Assembly (NCBI GenBank): GCA_945787555.1
Contig: CALZJG010000005.1
Location: forward strand, 8,771-72,770
Origin: an uncultured Chromatiaceae bacterium
Lineage (GTDB): Bacteria; Pseudomonadota; Gammaproteobacteria; DRLM01
Reading direction: 5' to 3'
DNA length: 64,000 bases
A program made the position numbers and the translations under genes. The notes beneath the pieces were generated by a model. The model was given only the letters and a program-made list of their open reading frames with translations, was not told the origin of the DNA and did no database searches. Positions 38,495 to 50,200 of this stretch are shown here, in pieces; position 1 is the stretch's first letter; each line of letters opens with the position of its first letter.

Positions 38495-39679
38495 ATGCGC
38501 ATACGTGACAAATTGCTTTTTGGCTATGGCATCATCACATTAGTGACGACTATTGTGGCAGTGCTTTCATTCCAATCCACGCGAGCGCTCAATTCGACTT
38601 TCGACCAAGTATCTAATGAAACCTTACCTATCATTGATAACCTGCATAACCTACAAAATAGCGGCATTTTCGTCTTTGCTGTTTCCAACGAAATCGCGCT
38701 TATCCTTTCCAATGCCAAGACAAGAAAGACGTTCCCGCTACTGGAGGAAGCATATGAAGAGCTTGCCATCGCTCAGGATCTACTGCACGTGGAACTCAAC
38801 GCATATGTGGAGCGACTTTCGGCACGCAATCACGAAGACGACGCCAATTTTATTGAGCACATGACGAACTCTACGAAAAGGCTACTTTTTCTACTGAACA
38901 AACAACTCATTCTTGTTGAAGAAGGTGCCCCACATGAGGACATAGTCGCGAAGATGGAGGAGGTCGCAGCCTACGAGATAACATTTCGGTTTACCGCAGA
39001 AGCCGCGCTAGCTGCTGAGATCCAACGCTACGCCAAGAGATCAAGCGCTATTCGCTCAGAGATTTCCCGCACTCAGAATATCGCCACCGTTTTTGGACCG
39101 CTGGGTATATTCGCTGCAATCATGGTCGCGATATCTTCCATGCGCTTGATCACACGAGGACTAACTGCAATGAAAAATGCGAGCTTTGCCCTCGCCGCCG
39201 GGCACCTAGATACCCGCGTCCCATTGATGACTAAGGACGAACTCGGAGATGTCGCTCGCTCGTTTAACAATATGGCACTAGCACTTAAATCCAAGAATAG
39301 CGAAATCAATTCAACCAAGACCTACTATAATGAAATTATTCATTCACTGGTTGGACTGCTATTTGTCACAGACAACAATAACGTTATAACAACGACCAAT
39401 TTTGAGACTCTAGAAATCTTGGGGTACGCAGAAGATGAAGTGATTGGAAAACCAATAACAGTCTTTTTTGAAAAAACAAGAGATTCAATAAATGCAGGCG
39501 CATGGTCTAGTTCGAAAATCAAGCACAACTCAACTAAGAACTTGATGACTAACCTAATAGCCAAGGATGGAACAGCAATACCGGCCTTAATAACAGCATC
39601 AACACTGTATAATAATCACCCCCATGGAACAGTATACCTAGGCCAAACGCTAGCATCGAAGGGCCACGGCTCGGAGTAG
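38495..39679 (+). CDS. membrane sensor (periplasmic helical domain, HAMP, PAS) with no output domain; possibly truncated
   Basis: MRIRDKL..TM, second TM, HAMP (DELGDVARSFNNM), PAS (ILGYAEDEVIGK, KDGTAIP), then stop. Visibly AT-richer than the flanks. Confidence 0.75.
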   Translation: MRIRDKLLFGYGIITLVTTIVAVLSFQSTRALNSTFDQVSNETLPIIDNLHNLQNSGIFVFAVSNEIALILSNAKTRKTFPLLEEAYEELAIAQDLLHVELNAYVERLSARNHEDDANFIEHMTNSTKRLLFLLNKQLILVEEGAPHEDIVAKMEEVAAYEITFRFTAEAALAAEIQRYAKRSSAIRSEISRTQNIATVFGPLGIFAAIMVAISSMRLITRGLTAMKNASFALAAGHLDTRVPLMTKDELGDVARSFNNMALALKSKNSEINSTKTYYNEIIHSLVGLLFVTDNNNVITTTNFETLEILGYAEDEVIGKPITVFFEKTRDSINAGAWSSSKIKHNSTKNLMTNLIAKDGTAIPALITASTLYNNHPHGTVYLGQTLASKGHGSE

Positions 39680-39774
39680 AGGAATGACCCCTCTTCTTCA
39701 CAATCATCAACTAGCGCGCATAACAAGACGTTAACTAGGCTGCATCTTTGCCGGCCTCGCATCTCTCTTAGATG

Positions 39775-40899
39775 TTAACCAACAGTCCCTCTAGCCAACA
39801 CCTGCTCCACCGGCACATAGTCATGGCCGAGATCCTCCGCCACCGCGCGATTAGTGACGTGACCCGCACATACATTGAGACCTTCACGCAGTCCGGCATT
39901 ATCCTTCAATGCGAGCCGCCATCCTTTGTTGGCCAATTGAAGTGCATAGGGCAAGGTGGCGTGGGTAAGCGCCCAGGTGGAAGTGTGCGCGACAGCGCCG
40001 GGCATGTTGGCAACGCAGTAGTGTACTACGCCGTCGATGAGGTAGGTCGGATCGGAATGCGTGGTGGGTCGTGAGGTCTCGGCGCACCCCCCTTGGTCGA
40101 TCGCCACATCCACCAACACAGCGCCTTGCTTCATGTGCTTGATGTGGTCGCGCGTGATGAGTTTGGGCGCTTGTTTGCCGGGGATGAGCACCGCCCCCAC
40201 CACCAAATCGGCTTGCCGAACCAGCTCGTTTACGGCATAGCTGTCGGAATAGCGCGTCTTGAGCGCCGGACCGAACAGGTCATCCAGTTCGCGCATACGT
40301 TCGAGATTGACATCCAGTAGAGTAACTTCCGCGCCTAGTCCTAGAGCCATGCGCGCCGCTTGAGAACCGACGATGCCACCGCCGATGATCACGACCTTGC
40401 CCGGCGGCACGCCCGGCACACCGCCCAACAACACGCCGCGCCCGCCATGGATCATTTGCAAGGCGTTAGCGCCGGCCTGAATCGCCAGCCTGCCCGCCAC
40501 TTCGCTCATGGGCACCAACAAAGGCAAATGTCCGCGCCTATCGGTCACGGTTTCATAGGCGATTGCGACCACTTTGCGCTCGACCAGGGCTTGGGTTTGC
40601 ACCGGGTCGGGCGCCAGGTGCAAATAGGCGAACAATACCTGCCCCTCCCACAGCAAGGGGAACTCACTCGGCTGCGGTTCCTTCACTTTCAAGATCATCG
40701 GACAGGCGTACACCGCTGCACGGTCGCCCAGCAGCGCGCCGGCAGAGCGATAAGCCTCGTCATCAAAACCGATCGCCGTGCCGGCGTCTCTTTCTATCAG
40801 CACTTCGTGCCCCGCCTCCACCAGCGCCTTCACGCCCGAGGGCGTAGCACCAACGCGAAACTCGTGATCCTTGATTTCCTTGGGTATGCCGATCTTCAT
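39775..40899 (-). CDS. ald: alanine dehydrogenase
   Basis: MKIGIPKEIK.HEFRV, KVKEP, YLHLA, PMSEVAGR, GGGIVG, DVAIDQGG and YCVANMPG. Confidence 0.97.
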   Translation of the reverse strand: MKIGIPKEIKDHEFRVGATPSGVKALVEAGHEVLIERDAGTAIGFDDEAYRSAGALLGDRAAVYACPMILKVKEPQPSEFPLLWEGQVLFAYLHLAPDPVQTQALVERKVVAIAYETVTDRRGHLPLLVPMSEVAGRLAIQAGANALQMIHGGRGVLLGGVPGVPPGKVVIIGGGIVGSQAARMALGLGAEVTLLDVNLERMRELDDLFGPALKTRYSDSYAVNELVRQADLVVGAVLIPGKQAPKLITRDHIKHMKQGAVLVDVAIDQGGCAETSRPTTHSDPTYLIDGVVHYCVANMPGAVAHTSTWALTHATLPYALQLANKGWRLALKDNAGLREGLNVCAGHVTNRAVAEDLGHDYVPVEQVLARGTVG

Positions 40900-41253
40900 G
40901 AAGCCTCCACGCAGACTAACCTTCACCACTTAATTTCACGCACCGATACCGCCCACCGCCGAGCGGATTCACGTCACACTTTAGCCCATCGTCGCCAGCA
41001 AAACACCCGCTTCATCTCCGGCGCTGGGTAGTCGATAATCCTAGCAAGTGGTTTTACCCCGCTGCGCTTTTCATGCAACACTAACAGGTGATGAAAAAGC
41101 GCTTTACTGTTCGGACTCCCTCCGCGGAGAACGTGGCGAGGTGGGGGCGAAACCTTTAGCATTGAGGAAGTGATAGTACAAGCTTGCCGCCCATTACTGC
41201 TTTAGTAACATAGTTGTTAACGGCTGAGCGAGAACACAGTCAGGGAAGCCAAC

Positions 41254-44200
41254 ATGAGCGACCAGCAGAACAGGACACACATCCTCGAACGTCTCGGTGC
41301 GCTATTGCAGGAGAAGCTGCCCAGCGTCGACGTCGCCTCCGTACAGCGTTTCGTCTCGCAATACTACGCCGCCGTAGTCGCGGAAGATTTGCTGGATCGT
41401 AGCCTGGAGGATTTGTTCGGCGCGGCGCTATGTCAATGGCGCCACATGACTCAGCGCGATCCTGGCGACGGCTTAATCCGCGTCTACAACCCCGACTATG
41501 AAGAAGACGGGTGGCAGTCCACCCACACCGTGGTGGAAGTGGTCACCGACGATATGCCCTTCCTCGTCGACTCCCTGAGCATGGAATTGGTGCGGGGGGG
41601 GATAGGCATTCATCTTGTCCTCCATCCCGTGATCCATGCGGTGCGCGACACCGAAGGTCACTTGCACGAGATATTGCCCGCCGGCGAACACCGGGAAGAC
41701 GCCATCGCCGAAGCGGTGCTGCGCTTCGAAGTTGACCGTCAAAGCGACCCTGCAGTGCTGGCAGGCCTGCAAACCAGCCTGGCCCAGGTCCTGGCCGACG
41801 TGCGCGCGGTGGTCGAGGACTGGGCGACCATGCGCGAAAAAATCAACAACATTATCGCGACCATCGAGCAACAAAGCCTGCCGGTTGCGAAAGATGACAA
41901 ACAGGAAGCCTTGGCCTTTTTGCGCTGGCTGGAGAACCATCATTACACTTTCATCGGTTTTCGCGCCTATGACTTGGTGGAGGAGCAAGGCGAGGACATC
42001 CTGCGCCAAATCCCCGGCTCGGGGTTGGGCATCTTGCGTGATGCCGAAACCGCCCGCGCCTCGCAAAGCTTCGCCCACATACCACCGCCGCTACGCGCCC
42101 TGGCGCGCGCGCCGACACTATTGATCATCACCAAGTCCACCGCCGTATCCACGGTGCATCGGCCGGTACACCTGGACTATCTGGGCATTAAGCTTTTCAA
42201 CGATAGCGGCGAAGTCGTGGGCGAGTGGCGCTTCCTCGGCCTCTACAGTTCACTGGCCTACAGCGCGCGCGCCGTGGATATCCCTATCCTGCGCAAGAAA
42301 GTGCGCCATGTCATCGATAAGACCGGTTACGCGGCTGCCAGTCACGGCCGCAAGGCCTTGCAACATGTCCTAGACACCTTCCCTCGCGACGAAATGTTTC
42401 AGTTCACGGAGGACGAACTCTACGATGTCGCCACCGGCATCCTCCAAGTGCAGGAACGACATCGCCTCGGCTTATTCTTGCGCCGCGACCTATTCAATCG
42501 CTTCACCACCGCGCTAGTATACGTGCCGCGTGATCGCTATGACACCGACTTGCGGCGCCGCATCCAAGAAATACTCATGCAAGCGCTGGACGGACAAAGC
42601 GTCGAGTTCAACATCCAAATCTCCGAAACGCCGCTGGCGCGCGTACATTTCATCATCCGCACTCGCCCGGATTACGAGCCCGACTACGACGCAACCGCCT
42701 TGCATGCACGCATGACCGAGGCCATGCTGTCTTGGGAAGACGAGCTGCAAAATGCCTTGCACGAACACCTGGGCGAAGCTCACGGTACACAGCTATTTCA
42801 TCGCTATGGCAATGCTTTCCCACCCGCTTATCGTGACGATTACTCTCCACGCACCGCCGTCGCGGACATTCAACGCCTGGAGAAAATCAGCGACCTCGAT
42901 CCGCTCACCGTGCACCTGTATCGTCCGCCTGAAGGCGACGAGGAATTGCTGCGCTTCAAGATTTACGGGCGTAATCGCCTCATCGCCCTCTCTGACGCCT
43001 TACCGATGCTGGAACGCATGGGGCTGCGCGTACTGAGTGCGCGCCCCTACGAGATCGAGCCCCGCAGCGGCAGTGCGACTTGGATATTGGATTTCGACTT
43101 GACCGCGGGCCGGGGCATCAATATCGAAGTATTGGAGATCAAGAACCTCTTCCAAGAAGCCTTCGCCCAAGTCTGCAGCGGCGCGGTGGAAAACGACGGC
43201 TTCAATCGCTTGGTGCTCGCCGCCGGTTTACAGTGGCGTCAAGTGGTCATGTTGCGTGCGCTATGCAAATATTTGCTGCAGACGCGCACACCGTTTAGCC
43301 AAGCATATATAGAGCAGACCCTGGCCGACAATGCCGTCATCACCAAACGCCTGGTCGAGTTGTTCGAGTCGCGCTTCGACATTTCAGGCCGCGCCCATGC
43401 CGCACGACACAACACCACTTTGCTCGCGGATATTGAATCCCAGCTGGAGGCGGTCGGCAACCTGGATGAGGATCGCATCCTGCGCCATTTCTTGTCGTTG
43501 ATACTCGCGATGCTGCGCACTAACTACTTTCAACGCGACGCTACCGGCGCGACGAAGGGCTATCTCTCCTTTAAGTTCGATCCCAGCCAAGTACCCACCC
43601 TCCCGTTGCCACGGCCGATGTATGAAATCTTCGTCTATTCGCCGCGCGCGGAAGGAGTGCATCTGCGCGGCGGGCCGGTAGCCCGCGGCGGCATCCGCTG
43701 GTCGGACCGGCGCGAGGACTTCCGCACCGAAGTTCTCGGCTTGATGAAAGCGCAGATGGTCAAGAACGCCGTCATCGTTCCCGTCGGCGCCAAGGGCGGG
43801 TTCGTATGCAAGCGCCTCCCGGCCACGGATGATCGCGACGTCATCCAAGACGAAGTCGTGCACTGCTATCGCACATTCATCAGCGGACTGTTAGATCTCA
43901 CCGACAACCTGGTGAACGGTGTGGTAGCGCCTCCCCAAGACACAGTACGCCACGACGGCGACGATACTTACTTGGTGGTGGCGGCCGACAAAGGCACAGC
44001 GACTTTTTCCGATATCGCCAACCGCCTCGCCGCCGATTATGGTTTCTGGTTGGGCGATGCCTTCGCCTCCGGCGGCTCATCGGGCTATGACCATAAGAAG
44101 ATGGGGATTACCGCGCGCGGCGCCTGGGAGTCGGTCAAACGCCACTTCCGCGAACTGGGCACCGACATGCAAAGGCAACCCGTATCCGTCGTGGGCATCG

Positions 44201-46104
44201 GCGACATGGCCGGCGATGTGTTCGGCAATGGCATGTTGCTCTCTGAGCAGATCAAGCTCATCGCCGCTTTCAACCATATGCACATATTCATCGATCCCAG
44301 CCCCGACCCGGGAGTGAGCTTTCAAGAACGGCAACGCTTGTTTAAATTGCCGCGTTCATCGTGGAGCGATTACAACGCGGAATTGATTTCGCGCGGCGGC
44401 GGTGTCTACTCACGTCGCGCTAAATCCATTGCACTCAGCGACGAGATGCGTATTGTACTAGGCACCGAAGCCAGCCGTGTCACACCCGCTGAGCTCATCC
44501 AAATTATTTTGCGTGCGCCAGTGGACTTACTATGGAACGGCGGCATCGGCACCTATGTCAAAGCCACCAACGAAACGCACTCCGACGTCGGCGACCGTGC
44601 CAATGACGCGCTGCGTGTCGATGCGCTGGAGCTACGCTGCAGGGTGGTGGGCGAAGGCGGCAACCTCGGCTTTACGCAACTTGCCCGCGTTGAATACGCG
44701 CGCGTCGGCGGCCTCATTAACAGCGACTTCATCGATAATTCCGGCGGCGTCGATTGCTCCGATCACGAAGTCAACATCAAGATTTTGCTCAATCAAGTGG
44801 TGAGCGGCGGTGACCTAACTGTAAAACAGCGCAACCGTTTGCTGGTGGATATGACCGACGAGGTCGCGGCATTGGTGCTCGCGGACAACTACCTGCAAAC
44901 GCAGGCGCTCAGTGTCGCCACCCAACATGCTTCATTCCTGCTCAGCGATCATGCCCGCTTAATCCGCACCTTGGAAAAAGAAGGGCGTTTGCGTCGTAAG
45001 TTGGAGTTTCTACCCAGCGATGAAGACATCGCAGAACGAGAAACGGCGCAACAGGGCCTCAGCCGACCCGAGATCGCTGTGTTGCTCGCTTACAGCAAGA
45101 TCAAGTTCTACGAAGAGTTGCTCGACTCGGACATCAGCGATGACCCCTATCTCTCGCACGAACTGGAGAGCTACTTCCCCGCCGCCATGCAAGAGAGTTA
45201 CGCCCCCCGTATGCTCGACCATCCACTGCGCCGTCAAATCATCGCCACGCAAATCACCAACGATATGGTCAATCGTATGGGCGGCACCTTTTGGTTCCGC
45301 GCCCAGGACACCACCGGCGATGCGCCAGCGGCCATTGCCCGCGCCTACACCGCCGCACGAGAAATTTTCAAGATCTGCGAGTTATGGCGCGGCATCGAAG
45401 CCGTGGATAACCAAGTGAGTAGCGATGTGCAATTGACGATGATCACGGAAACGCGGCGCTTGTTGGATCGCGCGACCTTGTGGCTGCTGCGCCATAGCCG
45501 CCAGCCGCTGGACATCGCCGCCACCATCGCCCACTACGCCCCCAGCGTTCAGGCGGTAGCGGAAAGGTTGCCCCGCTTGCTCAAGGACGAGGAGCGCGCC
45601 AGCGTGCGCGCCATGGCCAGGGAATTCAGCAGTGCCGGCACACCCAAGCAGCTCGCACTGCGAGTCGCCGCGCTCGATAGCTTGCACGCGGCGCTGGACT
45701 TGACGCAAATCGCCCGCGATACCGACAGCGAAATATTGCTCGCCACCGATGTCTATTTTTCGCTTAGCGCGGCCTTGGAACTCAATTGGCTGCGCGAGCG
45801 CATCCATGCTTTGCCGCGGCGCGATCCTTGGCAACGCAAGGCGCGCACCGGGTTGCTTACCGAATTGCATGGTGAGATGCGCGCGCTCGCCCAGCATGCC
45901 TTGATCAGCACCCGCCATATCAAGGGCACGGCGAAGCGCATCGAGGCGTGGCTCAATCAACACAGCGCCGCCGTCGCTCATTGCCAGAGCCTATTTGCCG
46001 AGATCCACGCCAGCGGCAAGGCCGATCTGGCGATGCTCACCGTCGCGCTGCGCGAAGTGCACGCGCTGGCGCGAGTGCGCGAGGCCAGCGGCCAGGAGCC
46101 CTAG
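41254..46104 (+). CDS. gdhB: large NAD-specific glutamate dehydrogenase
   Basis: 1616 aa; DDMPFLVDS, ARGGIRWSDR, QMVKNAVIVPVGAKGGF, VAADKGTATFSD, GYDHKKMGITARGAW and SDHEVNIK. Confidence 0.96.
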   Translation: MSDQQNRTHILERLGALLQEKLPSVDVASVQRFVSQYYAAVVAEDLLDRSLEDLFGAALCQWRHMTQRDPGDGLIRVYNPDYEEDGWQSTHTVVEVVTDDMPFLVDSLSMELVRGGIGIHLVLHPVIHAVRDTEGHLHEILPAGEHREDAIAEAVLRFEVDRQSDPAVLAGLQTSLAQVLADVRAVVEDWATMREKINNIIATIEQQSLPVAKDDKQEALAFLRWLENHHYTFIGFRAYDLVEEQGEDILRQIPGSGLGILRDAETARASQSFAHIPPPLRALARAPTLLIITKSTAVSTVHRPVHLDYLGIKLFNDSGEVVGEWRFLGLYSSLAYSARAVDIPILRKKVRHVIDKTGYAAASHGRKALQHVLDTFPRDEMFQFTEDELYDVATGILQVQERHRLGLFLRRDLFNRFTTALVYVPRDRYDTDLRRRIQEILMQALDGQSVEFNIQISETPLARVHFIIRTRPDYEPDYDATALHARMTEAMLSWEDELQNALHEHLGEAHGTQLFHRYGNAFPPAYRDDYSPRTAVADIQRLEKISDLDPLTVHLYRPPEGDEELLRFKIYGRNRLIALSDALPMLERMGLRVLSARPYEIEPRSGSATWILDFDLTAGRGINIEVLEIKNLFQEAFAQVCSGAVENDGFNRLVLAAGLQWRQVVMLRALCKYLLQTRTPFSQAYIEQTLADNAVITKRLVELFESRFDISGRAHAARHNTTLLADIESQLEAVGNLDEDRILRHFLSLILAMLRTNYFQRDATGATKGYLSFKFDPSQVPTLPLPRPMYEIFVYSPRAEGVHLRGGPVARGGIRWSDRREDFRTEVLGLMKAQMVKNAVIVPVGAKGGFVCKRLPATDDRDVIQDEVVHCYRTFISGLLDLTDNLVNGVVAPPQDTVRHDGDDTYLVVAADKGTATFSDIANRLAADYGFWLGDAFASGGSSGYDHKKMGITARGAWESVKRHFRELGTDMQRQPVSVVGIGDMAGDVFGNGMLLSEQIKLIAAFNHMHIFIDPSPDPGVSFQERQRLFKLPRSSWSDYNAELISRGGGVYSRRAKSIALSDEMRIVLGTEASRVTPAELIQIILRAPVDLLWNGGIGTYVKATNETHSDVGDRANDALRVDALELRCRVVGEGGNLGFTQLARVEYARVGGLINSDFIDNSGGVDCSDHEVNIKILLNQVVSGGDLTVKQRNRLLVDMTDEVAALVLADNYLQTQALSVATQHASFLLSDHARLIRTLEKEGRLRRKLEFLPSDEDIAERETAQQGLSRPEIAVLLAYSKIKFYEELLDSDISDDPYLSHELESYFPAAMQESYAPRMLDHPLRRQIIATQITNDMVNRMGGTFWFRAQDTTGDAPAAIARAYTAAREIFKICELWRGIEAVDNQVSSDVQLTMITETRRLLDRATLWLLRHSRQPLDIAATIAHYAPSVQAVAERLPRLLKDEERASVRAMAREFSSAGTPKQLALRVAALDSLHAALDLTQIARDTDSEILLATDVYFSLSAALELNWLRERIHALPRRDPWQRKARTGLLTELHGEMRALAQHALISTRHIKGTAKRIEAWLNQHSAAVAHCQSLFAEIHASGKADLAMLTVALREVHALARVREASGQEP

Positions 46105-46170
46105 CGCCCGGCCAGGCGACTAGTGAGTAGTGAGTAGCCACTTGCGACCCATCGGTGACTGAATAGCCAT

Positions 46171-47025
46171 TCATTCTCGACTACCATCGCGCCGTTCTTG
46201 CAACAACTCACGCAGGGCCCGCACTTCCTCCTGCAACTTCACGATATCAGCGTGCACATGGGCATCCACTGCGCCGATCGATTCTTCCATCGCCTGCACT
46301 GTTTTCTCTTGTTCGGCCTGTTGCTGCGACTGCATGGCGTTGACGATGATGGCAATGAACAGGTTGAGCATAGTAAAGGTGGCGATAAGGATGTAGGGAA
46401 TGAAAAACGTCCATGCCCACGGATACTGCTCCATCACCGGTCGCACGATACCCATGGACCAGCTTTCTAAGGTCATCACCTGGAACAGCGTGTACATGGA
46501 GTGGGCAATCGTGCCGAACCACTCGGGGAAGGCCTGTCCGAACAAATTGGTGGCGATTACGGCGAACACGTAATAGATGATGAGCAGTATTACCACGATG
46601 GAAGACAAGCCGGGTATCGCCGCCAGCAAGGCCCCTACCACCGAGCGCATTTGTGGCACCATGGTGATCAAGCGCAATACGCGCAAGACACGCAATGCAC
46701 GTAACACGGCCAAGTTTCCACCCTCGGGGATCAAACCGATCGCCACTACGATAAAATCGAACACGCTCCACGGATCGCGAAAGAACCGCCAACCATGCGC
46801 GATTATGCGCAGTGTTATCTCCACGACGAACACCGTCAAGATTGCCGTATCCAGAGTTTTGATGAGAACGCCATAATCGGCCATGATGGCGGCCGACGTC
46901 TCCAAGCCCAAAGTGACGGCGTTGATCAGTATCAAGGTGATAATAACGCGCTGCACCAGGCGGCTCTCCACCCACTGCGCCAAGCGCGCGCGACCGCTCG
47001 GTTCGCCAGCTCTCGCGACGGACAT
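46171..47025 (-). CDS. bacterial voltage-gated sodium channel (BacNav)
   Basis: Six TM helices; S4 LRALRVLRVLR; filter TLESWSMG; NLFIAIIV S6 and C-terminal coiled coil. Confidence 0.93.
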   Translation of the reverse strand: MSVARAGEPSGRARLAQWVESRLVQRVIITLILINAVTLGLETSAAIMADYGVLIKTLDTAILTVFVVEITLRIIAHGWRFFRDPWSVFDFIVVAIGLIPEGGNLAVLRALRVLRVLRLITMVPQMRSVVGALLAAIPGLSSIVVILLIIYYVFAVIATNLFGQAFPEWFGTIAHSMYTLFQVMTLESWSMGIVRPVMEQYPWAWTFFIPYILIATFTMLNLFIAIIVNAMQSQQQAEQEKTVQAMEESIGAVDAHVHADIVKLQEEVRALRELLQERRDGSRE

Positions 47026-47209
47026 GTGGTACTCCTTTGTCGGAATATAGAACGAAACGGCCGCGTATAATAACCGTTGGCGGCCCATTTGGCAGCCGAC
47101 ACCCGCAGACAAATTCCGAATCAATCAACTCTTGAGCGGCAGACCTAGTCGTGCGTAGCCTGCATTTCCTTCCGCCGCACTCGTTTTTCGGGTTCTGGCG
47201 CCCTCGCCT

Positions 47210-50200
47210 TCAAGAGTTCAGCAGGTTCGCCAAAAAGCGTCCCGTGTGCGTGGCTCGCTTAGCGCGCGCCAAGGTCTCCGGCGTGCCTTGCGCCACTACC
47301 CGCCCACCGCCATCGCCGCCTTCCGGCCCCAGATCGATGATCCAATCCGCTTCGGCGACGACATCGAGGTTGTGCTCGATCACCACCACGGTATTGCCCG
47401 CCTCGACTAAGCGATGCAGCACGCGGATGAGTTTCTCCACGTCCGCCATATGCAGACCCACGGTGGGCTCGTCCAACAAGTACAACGTGTTAGAGCGCCC
47501 TGTGTCCCCCTTCCGCTCTTTACCCGTGGCGGCGAGAGGCTGGCGCGCCTTGGCTAGCTCCGTTACCAATTTGATACGCTGCGCCTCGCCACCGCTCAGC
47601 GTCGGACTGGGCTGTCCGAGCGTCAGATAACCCAGCCCCACGTCCTGCAACAGCTTTAGCGCGTGATGGATCGTGACATGGGCGGCGAAAAATTCCACCG
47701 CCTCGTCCACACTCATCGTCAATACCTCGCCGATGTTCTTAGCCTTGTAATGGACGGCCAGCGTCTCGGGCGTGAAGCGCGCGCCGCCGCACACCTCACA
47801 GGGCACTTCCACGTCAGGCAAAAAACTCATCTCAATTCTCTTCACGCCCTGCCCGGCACAGCCCTCGCAACGCCCACCCTGCACATTGAAGGAAAAACGC
47901 GCCGAACCATAGCCACGCAATCGCGCTTCTTCTGTACCGGCATACAAACGCCGTATTGCATCCCAAAATCCGATATAAGTGGCGGGGCAGGAGCGGGGGG
48001 TCTTGCCGATGGGGGCTTGATTGACTTCGAGTATACGACTAATGGCTTGCCAACCCTCGAGCGCCTCACAGCCGTGTAGGTTCAGCGCTTTCTTACGTCC
48101 GCGCCGAGTAGCGAGCAAGCGCTGTATATTGTCGTGCAATACTTTGCGCACCAATGTGCTTTTTCCGGAACCCGAAACGCCGGTAACACATACAAGGCGC
48201 TCTAACGGCAGGCGCAGCCGCGCCACCCGTAAATTGTGCAAGTGCGCGTTGAGGACTTCCAAGCTCGGCATGGCGCGTGTCACTTTGCGACGCGCATCAA
48301 TGAGCGGGTGTGACAAAGGCCGCGCTAAATAGCGCCCAGTCACGGAACGTTTTTCGCGCATGATCTTATTTAGGCTGCCCGCCACCACGAGGGCACCGCC
48401 CTGACTGCCCGCACCGGGGCCAAGATCGATGACATGGTCGGCACGGCGGATGGTGTCCTCGTCATGCTCCACCACCACCAGGGTATTGCCCTTGCGCTGC
48501 AACGCGGCGAGCGTGTCGAGCATCAGGCGGTTGTCGCGTGGGTGTAAGCCGATGGTGGGCTCGTCGAGGATGTAACACACGCCGCGCAAATTGGAGCCGA
48601 GTTGCGCCGCCAAGCGCAGGCGCTGCGCCTCCCCCCCCGATAAAGTGGGTGCGGCGCGGTCTAGGCTGAGATAAGACAAGCCTACTTCATTCAAGAAACG
48701 CAGCCGCGCACGCAGCTCCGGCAGCATATCGCGCGCCAACTCGGCCGCGCGGCCCTTAAGTTTCATGGCACCGAACACGCGCTCGGCTTGCGCAACCGGC
48801 ATAGCCGCATACTCGGCGATGGAACGCTTCTGAAAGCGCACCGCCAAAGCCTCGGGGCGCAGGCGCAGACCGGCGCAAGCGGGGCAGGCTCGTTCACCCC
48901 CCTCCCAAGCTTCCAACCACTGCGCTTCCTCGCCGCTGGCCTCGGCATCGAAACCGGACAGGCTCAAGCCCGTGCCATAACAGCGCGCGCACCAACCCTG
49001 GGGGGAGTTGTACGAAAACAAGCGCGGATCAAGCTCAGCGTAACCTCGCCCACACCTTATGCAGGCACGCTTGCTTGAAAACAACGTTTCGGTCGGCGCT
49101 CCCGCGTTGGTGCGCGACGAGCGCCGTCTGCGCGCAGGGGCGGCGATGATTTTCACTGCTTCATTACCCACCAGCAATGCCCGCGCCAAGAGGGCGCGCA
49201 AGGCCGCGTGCGCTTGAGGCGTTACATCCAACTCACCTAGCGGCAACTCGATGTGATGTTCGCGATAACGATCGAGACGCGGCCACGGTGCGGTGGGTAT
49301 CTGGTCGCCATCCACGCGCAAGTGCGCATAACCCTTGGCCGCCGCCCACCGCGCAAGATCGTTGTATACACCCTTGCGCGCCGTCACTAGCGGCGCCAGT
49401 ACGGCGATGCGCCGGCCGTGATAATCATGCAGGATGCTTGCGTGTATCGCCTCCATGGATTGCGCTTCGATAGGAATATCGCAATCGGGACAATATTGCG
49501 TGCCCAACTTGACGAACATTAAGCGCAGGTAATGATAGATCTCGGTCAACGTCGCCACGGTACTTTTGCGGCCCCCGCGGCTAGTGCGCTGTTCGATTGC
49601 CACCGTGGGCGGAATACCGGTCACGGCATCAACATCGGGCCGCGCAGCGGGTTGCACGAATTGGCGCGCGTAGGCGTTGAGCGATTCCAGATAGCGACGT
49701 TGCCCCTCAGCAAACAAAATATCGAAGGCCACTGTGCTCTTGCCGGAACCGGACACACCAGTGATGACCGTGAAACGATTGCGCGGTATGGTGACGTCTA
49801 TATTCTTCAGATTGTGTTCACGTGCGTGGATGATGCGTATGTCTGGTCGTTTCGCCCGCGCCGCGGCACGCCGTGACACGCGTTGTACCGGAATCTTTTT
49901 GTCCTGCCAATAATCACGCAAAGCGGCCCCGGTGTGACTGGCACGATGTTTCGAAACAAAGCGCGGCTTGCCCGCACACACCAGACGCCCGCCACCCTCG
50001 CCACCCTCGGGTCCCAGTTCGATCAGCCAATCGGCGGCGGCGATCACGTCGAGGTTGTGTTCGATCACCAACAAGCTGTGGCCGGCGTCCAGCAATTCTT
50101 CAAAGGCGCGCAGAAGTCTATCAATATCGGCGAAATGCAAACCGGTAGTGGGCTCATCGAACAAGAACAAACTGCCGTGCGTTTGTTGCGTCCCACCTCG

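Noticed and set aside
46120-46137. TAGTGAG short tandem repeat after gdhB
   Set aside because: Only about two units; too short to interpret.
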